Under the pieces are notes generated by a model that worked only from the letters and a program-made list of their open reading frames with translations, ran no database searches and was not told where the DNA came from. A stretch of 64,000 bases of DNA, from assembly GCF_022539665.2 (NCBI RefSeq), contig NC_081331.1, positions 12,524,001 through 12,588,000 of the forward strand. Reading direction: 5' to 3'. Source of the stretch: Daphnia carinata. Taxonomy: Eukaryota. Position numbers and translations under genes: made by a program. Position 1 is the first letter of the stretch. The number at the start of each line of letters is the position of its first letter. Shown here in pieces: positions 14,616 through 26,723 of this stretch.

Positions 14616-17600
14616 CTAATCATCGTCGGGTGAGTTTGCGTGGCAAGGCGGGACTGGTGGTTCAACTTTAGTGATCCGCTGCAAGTCAAAGTCGATATCC
14701 TGACTATCAACGGGACCAAGAACTAGAGCAGCGCGGAATAAAGATTCTGCCGACCACGCAAACGGAATCCGCGGAAAACGGGCAGTCTGAGTGACGGATG
14801 TTTGAAGGCCCATCCGAAGCAAAAGTAGTCTGAAGAGGCTTGAATTCAGTGCTGAAGCTTCGTCCACCGTCCATGGAATTATCGGACAGGGCAATCTCAT
14901 TTGAAGACTCAGACATGCAACTAGATTGCGGAATTCTTCATTGACGTACGTACCCAAACGGGCGGAACAGGCTACCAATAAAGACTTCTGAATCCAACGT
15001 AGTTTTTGCTGATAGCCTGTTCAAAAAAAAAGAGAAGAAAGTGAAGGAAAATGTAATATTTAAAATGAATTTAGACCAGAAGCCACAAGTTGGGTTTTTA
15101 GTATTTGAAGCTCGGCAAGCTCGGCCTCTATAAAAGAAGGACTTTTGCAAGCAGTTGACTCTCTCTGGGCGTCGAAGGGAATTTGCTTATCCTGATCAGG
15201 AGTTCTGGGGGGCGACCCTTCATAGAAGCAGCCAGTCTTAGTCTGATGGTCTCGCATAAATTTGCGCACAACGTATTCTATAAGGTCTTGCCAATTTTCA
15301 CACAACTAAACGAGAAACAAAATCAAATGAACCATCCCTACAAAATTACAAGCGTTACTAAACGTGAATACCTTGAATTCGCTAGCCCAAATTTGGCTGA
15401 AATTGCGCAAAATAACAGGATCGCACAAGAGGTCAACTTGACCTAGATCAATGCCGACGTGGTGCAACACCGTAAAAATGCAATCGTTGACGAAAGAGCC
15501 GTTTGTCTTAAAATCTCTGAGGGCAGTTCCATATCGATCTATTATCGTCCTGCAACAAAATTGTTTTAAATGTTCAGAAATATCAAAGCTCTTCTCAGAC
15601 GCCGACTGCTTGATAGCACGTTCGAGTGAAAGCAAAAGTATGTGGTTAGCTTTGATGATTTCACAGAGATATCGCCGACCCTGGTTGTTGGGGTTGAACA
15701 GTCGTAATCGGAGCAAAAAGAGTTGACGAAGATCACTGATGACTAGCAAGTAATCTCGTAGTTGGAAAATCTTTGTTTGCTTCGATTCAGCCAAAGTACA
15801 ATACGCATCCAATGCTCGAAGATATTCGCCGATGGCGGTTATTCCTAGATGCAGACGTCGCATAAACGGTGTTAGATCGAGTGACGGTTGTAGTGAGTTA
15901 ACTTCAAATTCTTCAGTCTGGTGAATCGCATCCCACGTCAGATGACAAAGAAGATCAATAACAAAAATATTTTTCAAGCACTTCGCATCCAATTTTAATT
16001 GTGACGCGAAGCGCATGAAATACGTGATGAGCCATAAGAAAAATGACTTCTCCGAATGCAGTAAAACATCCTGTTGTATCAGTTTTTGGTGTAGTTCGTT
16101 CACTAACGCGTTGAAACCTATTGCGTTAAATACAATAGGGAAATTGAGATAGTTGTGCCTTTGAAATGAGAGCTTAGATCCTAACCATTTTGCAAAAAAA
16201 TTGGTATGAATTCTACCAGAAGTTGCGATACATCTTCCTCCGACGGATTTCGTATAATCTTCGTTTGGATGTGGTGCGATTCACTGCCTTTGTTCTCTTT
16301 TTGCTTGTGATTCGTCCCTTTCAATTTTTGTTCCTCCTTTCCTTTTACAATACATTCCCTAAAGAAAATTTGAACTTTATCTCAATAGAGTATGAATCAA
16401 CAACTGCATGATGAACCTAAAACCCAAAATTACACGTTTATTCCATTTCTATCATCAACTCGCGTTAATACTGAAGGTTCATCTTTTCGTGATGTTTCGG
16501 AGTAATTAGCAAACCTTAAACCAGTATCCTCTGCTGCTGCTGATATAAGTTAAAAATTAAAAATAAAGTTTTTCAGGGACATAGCTTGTTATATAACTAC
16601 CTGATGGACTGGCAATAGCACCATCGTTCGGCTACGATCCGGTTCGGTTGTCACATGCAAAAATGGAAGTTTGTTGCTTGAATACATTATTCAACCGGTT
16701 CTTAGCTAAGCGGAGTTTGGAAAAAAAAAACTTATGCTGATATAAGTGTTTCTCACGTCATCATTTGTAGATGAACAGGCCGTATATGCTCTCCTGTCTA
16801 GCAGCTTTTCCATGATCTCTGCCGGATGCCCTTGGTAGAGGAGAGCAATGAGTTGAACGATTGTCACGACCCATTTGCCCTGCAAATATTTTGTTTCGTC
16901 TAAGTTGTCTAACTCAGCTCAAGACAGACGCTTATATTCAAAACTCTGTATTTGTGGGGAAAACAGGTTCGATGCCCACGTTACGAACACTTTTGCTTTG
17001 GGCTACTGTGACCAGTTCGATCGTCAACGAAGTAAAGAAAATGACGGGATGTCGTGATCAATTGAACTACCATATAAGCAAAGAATCCGAAATTGGCGCA
17101 ATAGCTTAAAAAAAAAATCGGTCGTGGTTACGTAACAGCACAATGCGTATTTACAATATTTTCCTGGAATTATGAGACACCACTTCTTGGTTTCAACTTC
17201 AAGTGGCCCACGTCGCTATATTAGTATATTCAAAGCAAATTCCACCCAAAATGTAAAAGGAGGAAAAGGTAGGGTAAGCCAGAAACTTGTACCGTTGTCC
17301 TTAGTTGTTGTTGGCGACCAGCAGTATCTTAAAATTTCCTTTATTTTGTTCGGCCACACCCTGGTCGCTCTTATTTATCTACTCGATAAGCCAAACCCCC
17401 TCACAAATAGAAGCCAAATTTTGAATAGCGTTAACTCTAAATTGCTTACCTTCTGCGAATATGTAAGCAAACTGAGGAGAATTTGGTCAAATCCTTGTGC
17501 GAATAATACCCAAATGAGTCGCCTTTGCTGCGAGCCGTTAGTTCCAGTATCGTGTCCCATAGGATGCATCCATTCTTCAGTTTTCGTAGAATTGAAAGGT

Positions 17601-18467
17601 CGTTCAGGAGCGTATAGGACATTACGGATAAGCAACAGTAAATAGTTGATGAATTCACAATCTCTGGTAGTTAATGGCTGCAAGGAAAGAAACCCGGTTA
17701 ACTGCGCAATTTGGAATAAACAAGCAAATTTGCTAAAAGCTTCTCCGTTTTACATTTGTTAAACAGAATGAAAGCTGATCAACGACAGCTTGGGTAACTT
17801 TAGGGTCCAAAAACGCATCTTTGGCATTGTAGAGAAATTGCGTAAACTCATAGACCATAAACTTTGGCATCGAGATGTCATCGGGCATCGCGTTTGTGGG
17901 AATCAGGCAACTGACGGGCACTGTTAACCAAGTAAGCAGTCTACAGAAAAATAATCGTTAAAACAGTGAACGTTATTTACATTTCAATATGTCTGAACAA
18001 TCCTGATGCTAACTGATGTGGCCAAAATGGACGAAAATCTGAACTTACTCGACTGTTGAACGAATAATGCTAGGTTGATTCACTTGGACCAAAATAGGGA
18101 TAAGATCCTAAAACGAACATACTGAAATTAGAATGGTCTTTCTTTTGCAACATAAAATCAGTCAGGCTAAACCGTTGTATCGACCTTATTCAAGATGTCC
18201 ATAAAGATGAGGGCACGTCGAAGAGCACGCGTATTGGGATCCTCACAATTTATTTTGGCGTTCATTTTCTTTAGGCAAGCTGTCGGTGAAAATGTAACAA
18301 AGAGGATTGAGAAATTATTGTGGAAAGTGGATGAGCATCGTACAGATCTATTATGAATTTTTCTTACCCAAGCATTCGTCGCTTATGTAATATTTATCTC
18401 GGTAGAAAGTGCCGAGTGGTAGAAGGGACAAGCAAGGGAAGCCTACGGTTAACGCCATCCAGTCCAT
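14616..18467 (-). CDS. tim: Timeless (TIM1-type) paralogue, ~12 exons, roughly 830 aa by manual splicing
   Basis: N-terminus MDW..LG..Y.ISDECL..CLKKM..EDPNTRALRR; LLLIRNVLYAPE; WVVTIVQLIALLY; PSEEDVSQLLVEF; SFFLWLITYFMRFA; RRLHLGITAIGEYL; C-terminal PAB-like FRLLLLRMGL..FPRIP. Confidence 0.85.
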
Positions 18468-19498
18468 AATGTACGTTAGACAACACCGTTTTGGGCTGCT
18501 CAGTCAACAAAGAACTTTGCTGCCAACACCAATAATGCTGTAATAAGACTGAATACCACCACCGAAGATGACGACTCTGAAGGACACACCAAAGAATGTT
18601 TGGATGAATTTCTTTTATACCAAAAGAAAGAAAGCAACAAAACTTTAATGGGCGTAATACTTGAACCGGTTTTCTCAATCGTAAGGGGTGTATGCTGCTA
18701 AAGGGGAAACCTCACTGCAACATCGGAGCCAATTCTAGTAAGCATATATAGCCTTTCTAATGCATTTCTTTATCCTTAGTATGGCTTGACGTTGTCTACA
18801 TGCGTGAAACCGATGCATCTCGTTAACTCAAATGGAAAATTTTCCGTTGACGACCGGTTCTCTGATCGAGGCGAGAAACGATCTTTCCAGACGTCCTTCG
18901 GTAGACGTATGAACTACGATTCCGATCAGTTGAACATTATATACGCTTTTGATTTTTGACTCATTTCATTCCCGATTTATTTGTGGTTTCGTATCAAATA
19001 AACTAATGACGCTACCCTACGCCATACGTGATACGGAACACCCATCTTATTATTAGCATGGCTGATTGAATTTATTTAAAAAATAACACTGGAAATGCCG
19101 AGTCGATAAAAGAAAGTTGTGATTTGAATGTCGATACTGGCAGAGCGAGTACAGCTTACCATTTATAACTCGTTATGCGGTGACGACTCTAATGCGCGAA
19201 AGCGTTCGTTCCACGGTAGAACAGGATCGACCAACATAAGGACTGCGGTATAAGTAAAGGTAATTCCAAGTACAATCCTCTTAACAAACAGTACATACAT
19301 GCACGGATAATGTTATGTTGGAAAAGAAGTTACAAAGGAAATATAATTTTCGAGGGTTTATCGTACGAAATTAAACATTAGTAATGAAATTCATTTAATT
19401 AGCAACGTAACAATTTCAATGAACATGAACAACAACACAATCGCTTTTTTTTGTTCCCAAAATCTTGCCCGTTTTACATACATCTGACTTCCTTTGTT

Positions 19499-22371
19499 TT
19501 AAGGATTTTCAGTTTTTCCTTCTAACTGTTCGCTTTCGGACTCGTGAAGAACTTCCTTTGCTGTATGCTTCTCCAATTCAGGCTTGTGATCTACCCCTAC
19601 ATGGTTCCATGGTTGTTCTTCTCCAGATGCAAAAACTGTGTAAACTACAAACTCGAGGACGAAAACCGCTGCCGTTGTGAAAAAAATAATTTGCCATTGG
19701 CCCAATGTTTGCTAGAAGAAAAAATTTGTATCTTTATCTGTTGCTAAGCAATCAGTATTTACATAATATACTGACATTTCCGTGAGTGAGCTGTCCGACA
19801 AAGACGGGAACGATGAATCCCGGAATCGTAGCCGCCGTGTTGGTCAGAGCCATTAATGTGCCGGCGTAATTCGGAGCAATATCGACGTGATTGGTCAAGA
19901 AGCCGCAATACATTCCGGCAACAAACATGGTACCAAGAGTCATCAACGCCACGGCGGCTTGGCGATCACATCCCACCAAGCTGACGCCGATAAAACAAGC
20001 GGCAGGGAACAAGGAGGCTGTTTGCGGGTTTAAAAATGTCGGTATGATCATTTAGCCATTAGTTTCAATCTTCAGCTGAATGTTTCGATTGTTCACACTG
20101 GCGGATAAAATTGTTCATTCGGATACATACCGATAGCTGTAGATAATTTGCGTACAGTCGTCGTGGTAATCCATCCTTTGCCTTTTGCCCAATCTAGACG
20201 ATTGCTCCACATAATGCTAAATATCCATAGACACACGTACGGAATCGCAGATAACCCAGCGTTCTGTTGCAAGTATTGGAAAGGTTAGTTGGATTTGATG
20301 GTTTAGCTCGTGAATTTTCAAATCACGGCTAATAGATTTAGTTTGGTTTACCTGACTGATGTTAAAGCGTAAGATGGCCTTCATGTAGGTGGGTAGTTCA
20401 ACTAACAGCATATACCATCCAAAATTACTGCACGAATGAGCAACCAGAATAGCCCAGAACGGACCGGAAGTAGCGAGAGCTTTCCACGGGATAGGCAAAT
20501 TCTTTTTTAAGGCAAAAACAGCAACACAAAAAAACATAGAAATAAATCAAAATCAAATCATCGTAACAGTAATCCGTTTTCTAGTACCGGATGGCCGTGG
20601 GCTCCGTGATGGCCTTGTTTTTTCAAGTGTTCCTTGTGGAATTTAGGATGTTCGTGATGTTTGTGTCCGGCGTGCCATCCGTGCCATCCGTGGAATCCAT
20701 GCCACCCGTGGAAGCCGTGCCAGTGATGTCCCTGATGGCTATTTCTTCTTTTCTTAGCAATAGGCTTGTCTGAAATGACGGGAGTCATGACAACAACGGA
20801 CCCTTCTGCGATGTTGGAATCTTCTAATTGTGCTGCTTCCTTCGGTGCTTCATGACTTTCGTGGTCATCGTGATGCATGGACGTTTCAAAAAGCTCCAAC
20901 TCCACTGGATGGATGCGCGGATGATCTTCAGGTGAGTCGAAGACAAATATCAGCCATAAAACGCACCAGATCATAGCGAGACCTCCTTGGACGTAAAACA
21001 CCGATTCCCAGCCGAGTGCAGCGGCTAAGATACCGGAAAATGGCAGCGAGATGACTGTACCTAGCGCCATGCCTGCCGTTTTAAAATTTCTTTATTAGTT
21101 TGAACGCTATAAACACTGCATTAAAATGTAGATGGAATAATATTTACCAGCGTAAGCCAACGACGACATCAGGTTGCGCTCTTGCGGTAAAACCCATTTG
21201 GTCAACATAACGTGAATGGCTGGTAGAGAAACTCCCTATTTTGAAAAGAAACGATTTACAGTAAAAACCAAACAAGGATATTGGAAATGAATGAGGAAAT
21301 CGTAATAAAATAATTGGATCTTACAGCGCCCAGCCCTTCGATGAAACGGACAACGAGGACGGCGATGTAACTTATGTTGGCAGCCAACGGTGTTAAAATA
21401 GTGAAAACAACATTGACGAGAACAGATGCCCAGATGACCCACTTGGCCGAATACTTCTCCGCTATCATTCCACCGGGAATCTGAGTCAGAAGGTAGCCCC
21501 AAAAGTAGGCGCTCAATACCAATCCTTGAACAGGTTCGGGCCAAGCGAATGGTCCATCCTATGCAAAGCAATACAAAGAGATTAGACCGATCAATAATTA
21601 AGAGAATTATAAAGAAAAATATACTATTCATATGTCGATTTTGTTATACCTGTATGGTGACAGTTACGTTGGAATGGGAAACTGGAGCTGCACAAGCAAA
21701 CTCCTGTGGAGCAGTTCCGTTGTCTTTGGTGCTACCATAATGCCCACCGTGAGAGACTTCCGATGCCGCCATAGACGCAAGCTCAGTTGAATTGATCTTT
21801 ATAAATGAGGGAGAAATAGAGATATATATAATTAATATTTATGTTGGCTGGAACGTGAGTTGAATTATTCTTACCATGACGACAATCGCCACACTCAAGT
21901 TCACCTGTAGAACATCGTTATGGGATTCCCCATGGAAAACGAAAAAGAAATCATCTATTAGTGTCGTACTCCTATCTTATGTGATCTATATATATCTATC
22001 GATATATATATATGTATCTATCTATGTCAAAATATTCTAGTGCAGCAGCACTTACCTTCAGTCCATAAATAATCGCCAGGCCGATAGAGACCAGCGCTGT
22101 GAAGATGTAACGAGCTGGGATCAAAGCTGAAAATGACGAAAAAGATCAAAATTAATTTAGGAAATCGCAGGATCGAACTTGCCAAAATAATGACTTGTTA
22201 TTTTTATTAATCTTCGAGGTTAAATTGTTATTACAAATTTTAGAATCATGAAACTCTGGCTGTAAAGCAACCGAAAACTGCCACACTTACATTTTGAAAC
22301 TACTAAGAATATCAATAAAAAGATTTAAATAAATGTATATGTTTCATTGTTTACTTACGTCCTTTAGCCAT
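19499..22371 (-). CDS. SLC17/sialin-like MFS transporter, tandem copy 2, with a His/Trp-rich central loop
   Basis: Same exon layout as copy 1 (MAKG | ..PARYIF..IYGLK | [10 protein letters not shown] | ...); ORFs 21256-21522, 20558-21070, 19752-20051, 19499-19705. Confidence 0.9.
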
Positions 22372-23748
22372 GTTGGCTTCTTCTTCCTTAATAGACAACT
22401 TCGATTGGTTTAGCGTTAAAGATATCAGGAAAAAGAAATAAGCCCGGAAAACAAGAACAAGCGTCTGTTCACGTTGAGTACTCTGTAACCTCTGAAGAGT
22501 GGAGGACGGTTGCCAATTAAACATCCTTTTTGACTTGCAGTAACCTTTTAAAGATTTCCCTTCCGCAGGGCACAAGGTGAATCGCAAGTAGTATCTAGCG
22601 ATCAAAAAAAAATTTAGTTGAATAAATTAAGCGTCATGATAAATTTGATACGAGAGAGATGACGTGAAATTTGTCACGTCGAATCATATTATTTGCTCAA
22701 ATGTATTTTGGTTTTTAATCTTTCTCCCGATGCAATAAAAACAAAAGATCAAAGAGATACGTGGATTTCACGTGACGGCCATCGTTGTTGTTGCCATGTC
22801 AGTTGCGGGCCAGCAACTATACACACATAATCCTCGAGAATGCGATTGGAACGAGTAAGGTGTAAGCGTGCTCTGAAAAGACAAGTGGAAAGTAGAATGG
22901 TGTTCGTGACTAGAGGCACACCAACATTTCAAACCTTATATGGGTGAAAGGTTCTGTGCCTCCGTGAACATCAATAACAGAACGAATGTGCATATTGGCT
23001 GCCTGATTATCTAGTATAACTGTTAAACCACCGCCAACAAGGATTCTAATTAGGGAAAATCAATTAGACGCAAAAATGCTTTGTAGATTCATCAAGTGAG
23101 ATCAAGGACATGTTGGTCGATAGACGAATCCATCTTCCCTACAGAACAAGAAAGCGAATTCACCGAATCGTTTCTTATTGTTTGCCAACATTTATCATCA
23201 AACAAGTTCGTGCCAACTTGAATTCCCCTGAATTACAGGGAGCTAGAAAGACACAACTTCGAAAAAATACCACTAGTCATCATCATTTGCAAACGATTAT
23301 GAATTCTATGGCAGAGAATAAACAATTATTTTAGGCAATCCCAGTACGTGTACACGCGTCCTCCTCGTGTCCTACCATTCGAATTTCTCCAGGCGCATTC
23401 CCTATGAACCCGCAGTGATTCGAATTCCAGTCGTAAGCCACTACAAATGAGAATGGCCCAGCGCCAGTTTCTAACACTCGTGACGAAAAAAGGTTTCCCA
23501 CGTGTTCGGGAGCTGATTGGGATCCTCACGTGCGAATGACATAGCACTTTTACGAACTTTTTCTCATTTATAACGTTCCTGTTTGATGAACCCCAAGCGT
23601 AGCACATTTTACGAGCCTATAGTTCTATATACGAACAGGTATGGGAACAACTTTGTAGGTTTACTTCGAATACATAGAACGTAAAATTGGAATACAAATC
23701 AAATTTTTTTTTTAAAGAAAAAGAAAAGTCTTTTAAGTGTTATTTGGC

Positions 23749-25143
23749 CTAGTAAGTGCCTCTTGGATCGTATTTCTGTAAGCTGGTTTTAGCAAGACTA
23801 GCAAGACTACGTGCACCAGCAGGTCCGTTCTCGTTTTCATTGAACGCAGCCTAAAAAACGATGAGGTAAGTGTGTCAATTTGGTATTCAAATCCAAGATT
23901 TAAAATGAATTACCCATTTAACGTCAATGTCTTGGAGAGCAGTGAGGAGATTCCGCCAAAGGGGCACGTTGAGTGCAAGCTTCCTACGGGATTTGCTCCA
24001 CGAATTCTCTAACCATGGAACGGCCCATTCATCAATAAACTTGAGAAGATATTCCGAATTGGTATGTATCATCAATCGTTCTATGCCTGTTAAAATAAAA
24101 AATCAAATCCAGTTAAAAGCTGTTGCGGCCCTTAAGTTCAACGTAATTGTATCGGAAGTGTAAACTGACCATGTTTCTTCGCTTGCTGGATTGCAGTGAT
24201 TGCCGCTATAATTAAGGTTGCATTGCATGTGCGAGGCTCAATTTTACTGACGTTCCTAGAAATAACAATTTTATTTTACGACCATAAATTCGAGGCGGAT
24301 GTGTTTTGTAGGGGTCGAGAATTCTCTTGAATTCTTCTTGATAACAAACGCGTTGTAAAAGTTTGTTTACTTGGAATCATTTTCACCGAAGAAGACACCA
24401 TATCCCATTTGTTTGGTTTCATCATCTCCCGAGATTGCAAGGTAAACTTTGACGTAATTACACGATTGCAAACTGTTGCGTATAGATTGTTTCTTCCTAA
24501 GATCAATCAGCCATTCAACGTCTTGGACCTCTTCAATTACACGCGACCAAGACGGAAATCCAGTCATATAATTGTGGAAACGGGGACCAATTTCTTTACG
24601 AATAACTTCGCGTAAACCGTCAATCAAGTAAGCCAACTTGACACGGAAACAAAACGTTTTCAGCGATTTATCTGTGATCACAGCCAAACCCAGAGCTTTG
24701 ACCAAAAGCGAATCGATTTCTGCAGCGAATGTCGTAACTGACTGATGGGGTTTTTGTCTGAGTTGATCGAGTTGTCCCAGAAAATAGTACTTGTCGTTAT
24801 GCATGAATTCTTCAATCATTAAATCACGCCAGTCCCAGTAATCTTCGACGTAAGTCAATTTCTTCCGGTGATACATCAAGGCATCGCCTCTTAGCCTCAT
24901 GATAAATTTTTGCAACATAATATCTTCATGCCATCCAAGTAGTGATGCCGCTCTTTCGCATTCTTGAAACCAATCTTCAACCAGAGCGCCATTTTCGGAA
25001 CCAGAGAAGCTCGGAAGCGTCTTCCTCGGCTTGTAAATAAACTTTATGTTCGTCGGTATGATGATCGTGTTATATCCGTCGATATCTGCTGTCAGCACGG
25101 TGGGTAACTGTACAGAGTGGTAAGCATTTCTCCTGCTACCCAT
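23749..25143 (-). CDS. Chimeric gene: Ty3/gypsy-like Gag capsid domain fused to an RNase H1-like domain lacking catalytic residues; exons 25143-24371, 24255-24170, 24086-23914, 23850-23749 (377 aa)
   Basis: Exon 1: LPSFSG..VEDWFQECERAA..GW..RLRGDAL..W..L..EF..L.QL.Q...QSVTTF (retrotransposon Gag CA pattern), then VKVY..GYGVFFGE. Spliced on: NVS..AAITAIQQAKKHG | IERLMIHTNSEYL..W...W..N.W..N..LW..L..IDVKW | ..ARSLA (RNase H1 pattern). Three GT-AG introns give 1134 nt with no internal stop. Confidence 0.8.
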
Positions 25144-25354
25144 TCCGTATTAATTTTTTAAAGCTTCACAGCTGGTCTTCTTCGTGGCTGTTGTAAAGAC
25201 AGAGAAATAAATTAAACAAAACCATGTCAAAACGAACGAAATAAAGCTGTCAAAGTTTTAGCGAGAGCTAGCTTTTAAAGAAGTCAAACTTCGGTTTCGA
25301 TCAGATTTCGTGTTTTTATGACAGTCAACAACTTTTTAGTGTGTATCACAAAGC

Positions 25355-26408
25355 AGTGGCGGGTAAAGAGGTAGTCCTCCCTAGAAATATTTTAACCATC
25401 CCCAATAAATGAAGCTGGATATACAGTTGAGTTGTAAAGGCTCACTTGCACTATTTCTCTTAGAAAAACAAAAAGACCAAAAAAGCAACCAAGGAAAATA
25501 CACGCGTCCAATTTCGTGGAGCTCCCAACACTAACCAAAGCTTAACTGTTCATACAGCAACATATAGAGGTCTTGCGCAACATGGTGACTAATACGCTAA
25601 TGTGCTTATATGCGTTATACTTTTAAATGTTTGTGTTGATAAGCAATTTTACGTCGAGCTTCTGTATAATTTTTTGTTTTTAATTTTTACTCGATACTTT
25701 TGGTTTCCTGAACTATTCGTTTTACTCAGTGACTACTATTTATTGTATTACTGCGTCATTACGCGTTCCTTTGAAAAAATGGGATCTAAAGCAGCCATGA
25801 AATGACTGCAGCAAGTGGGTAATGCGTAATAACGAAACCAACTCGAAAACAAGTGTTTACAAAGTCCTTGTGCAAAAAGTGAAAGTGACAAAAGACAAGT
25901 CTAAAATCCATTTCATTTTTAAAGATTTACAATAACAACCTGTCTGTATCCCAAACGATTGTGGTCTACCATTAAAAACAAACACAAAAAAATCTGAGTC
26001 GCTTGAAATCAAAATGCCTCAACAGTTCGTACTTACGGTGCTGCAATATGATCGTAGTTTTGCTGTTGGTAAACTAACACTTTTTATGATGACGTAGCAG
26101 AGCGAGGAGGACGATCTTTTCACGTAGCAACACACTGGTGGCAGAAACACGACTGAGTCACTCGTTGGCTTGTTGGGAACATAAAATGGAGGACTGAGAG
26201 GGATCACCGTACTGGCCGTTTAAATAGAAGGCGGGGTGAAGTGAAGTAGAGAAAATTATAGTCCCTCATTTCTCATAAGGAATATACTTACAAAAAAAGA
26301 ACAACCTTAGAGAAATGTCTTTTATCTCCTTCACTGGTAGTCCCTAGAGGACTACGTTTCTTATTACAAGTCCGAATCACCGAGGGAGTAGAGGACTACC
26401 TGCCGCCA
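25355..26408. mobile_element. Possible decayed non-autonomous DNA transposon (hAT-like termini)
   Basis: Left end cagtggcgg..aggtagtcctc (~25355-25379) is inverted at gaggactacctgccgcca (~26391-26408); an extra ggtagtcc/ggactac palindrome lies at ~26336-26356. No clear TSD. Confidence 0.3.
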
Positions 26409-26723
26409 AAGGGTTTTGTAAACTTTCACACGCCTGCCTGCCAAGGTTGCAGATTCCCAATTGTAAAGAAATTTTTTTTAAGATACCAGCATCAATCAGT
26501 CGCAAGTGTCACGTTTAGAAGCTAACGTGTGATCCAATTTTTGTTGCTGTTAACTACAGATAAACTGCAATATTGTTTCATAAATCCCCCTACCATTCCC
26601 AGGATTCATTTGGGACATGCAATCCATGAACTGCGTTCTCACACTGTACTAAAGAATTTAGTCATTTGAAATATAGAAAACAAGATTTAAAGAGGTTGGA
26701 TGTTGTATTTCTTATCGTTCCAA

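Noticed and set aside
21983..22026. (TA)n/(TATC)n tract
   Set aside because: Ordinary intronic microsatellite.
24367..25143. Reading the Gag ORF as an ordinary LTR retrotransposon remnant
   Set aside because: No LTR, PBS, protease, RT or integrase seen, and the ORF splices in frame through three introns into an RNase H1-like domain.
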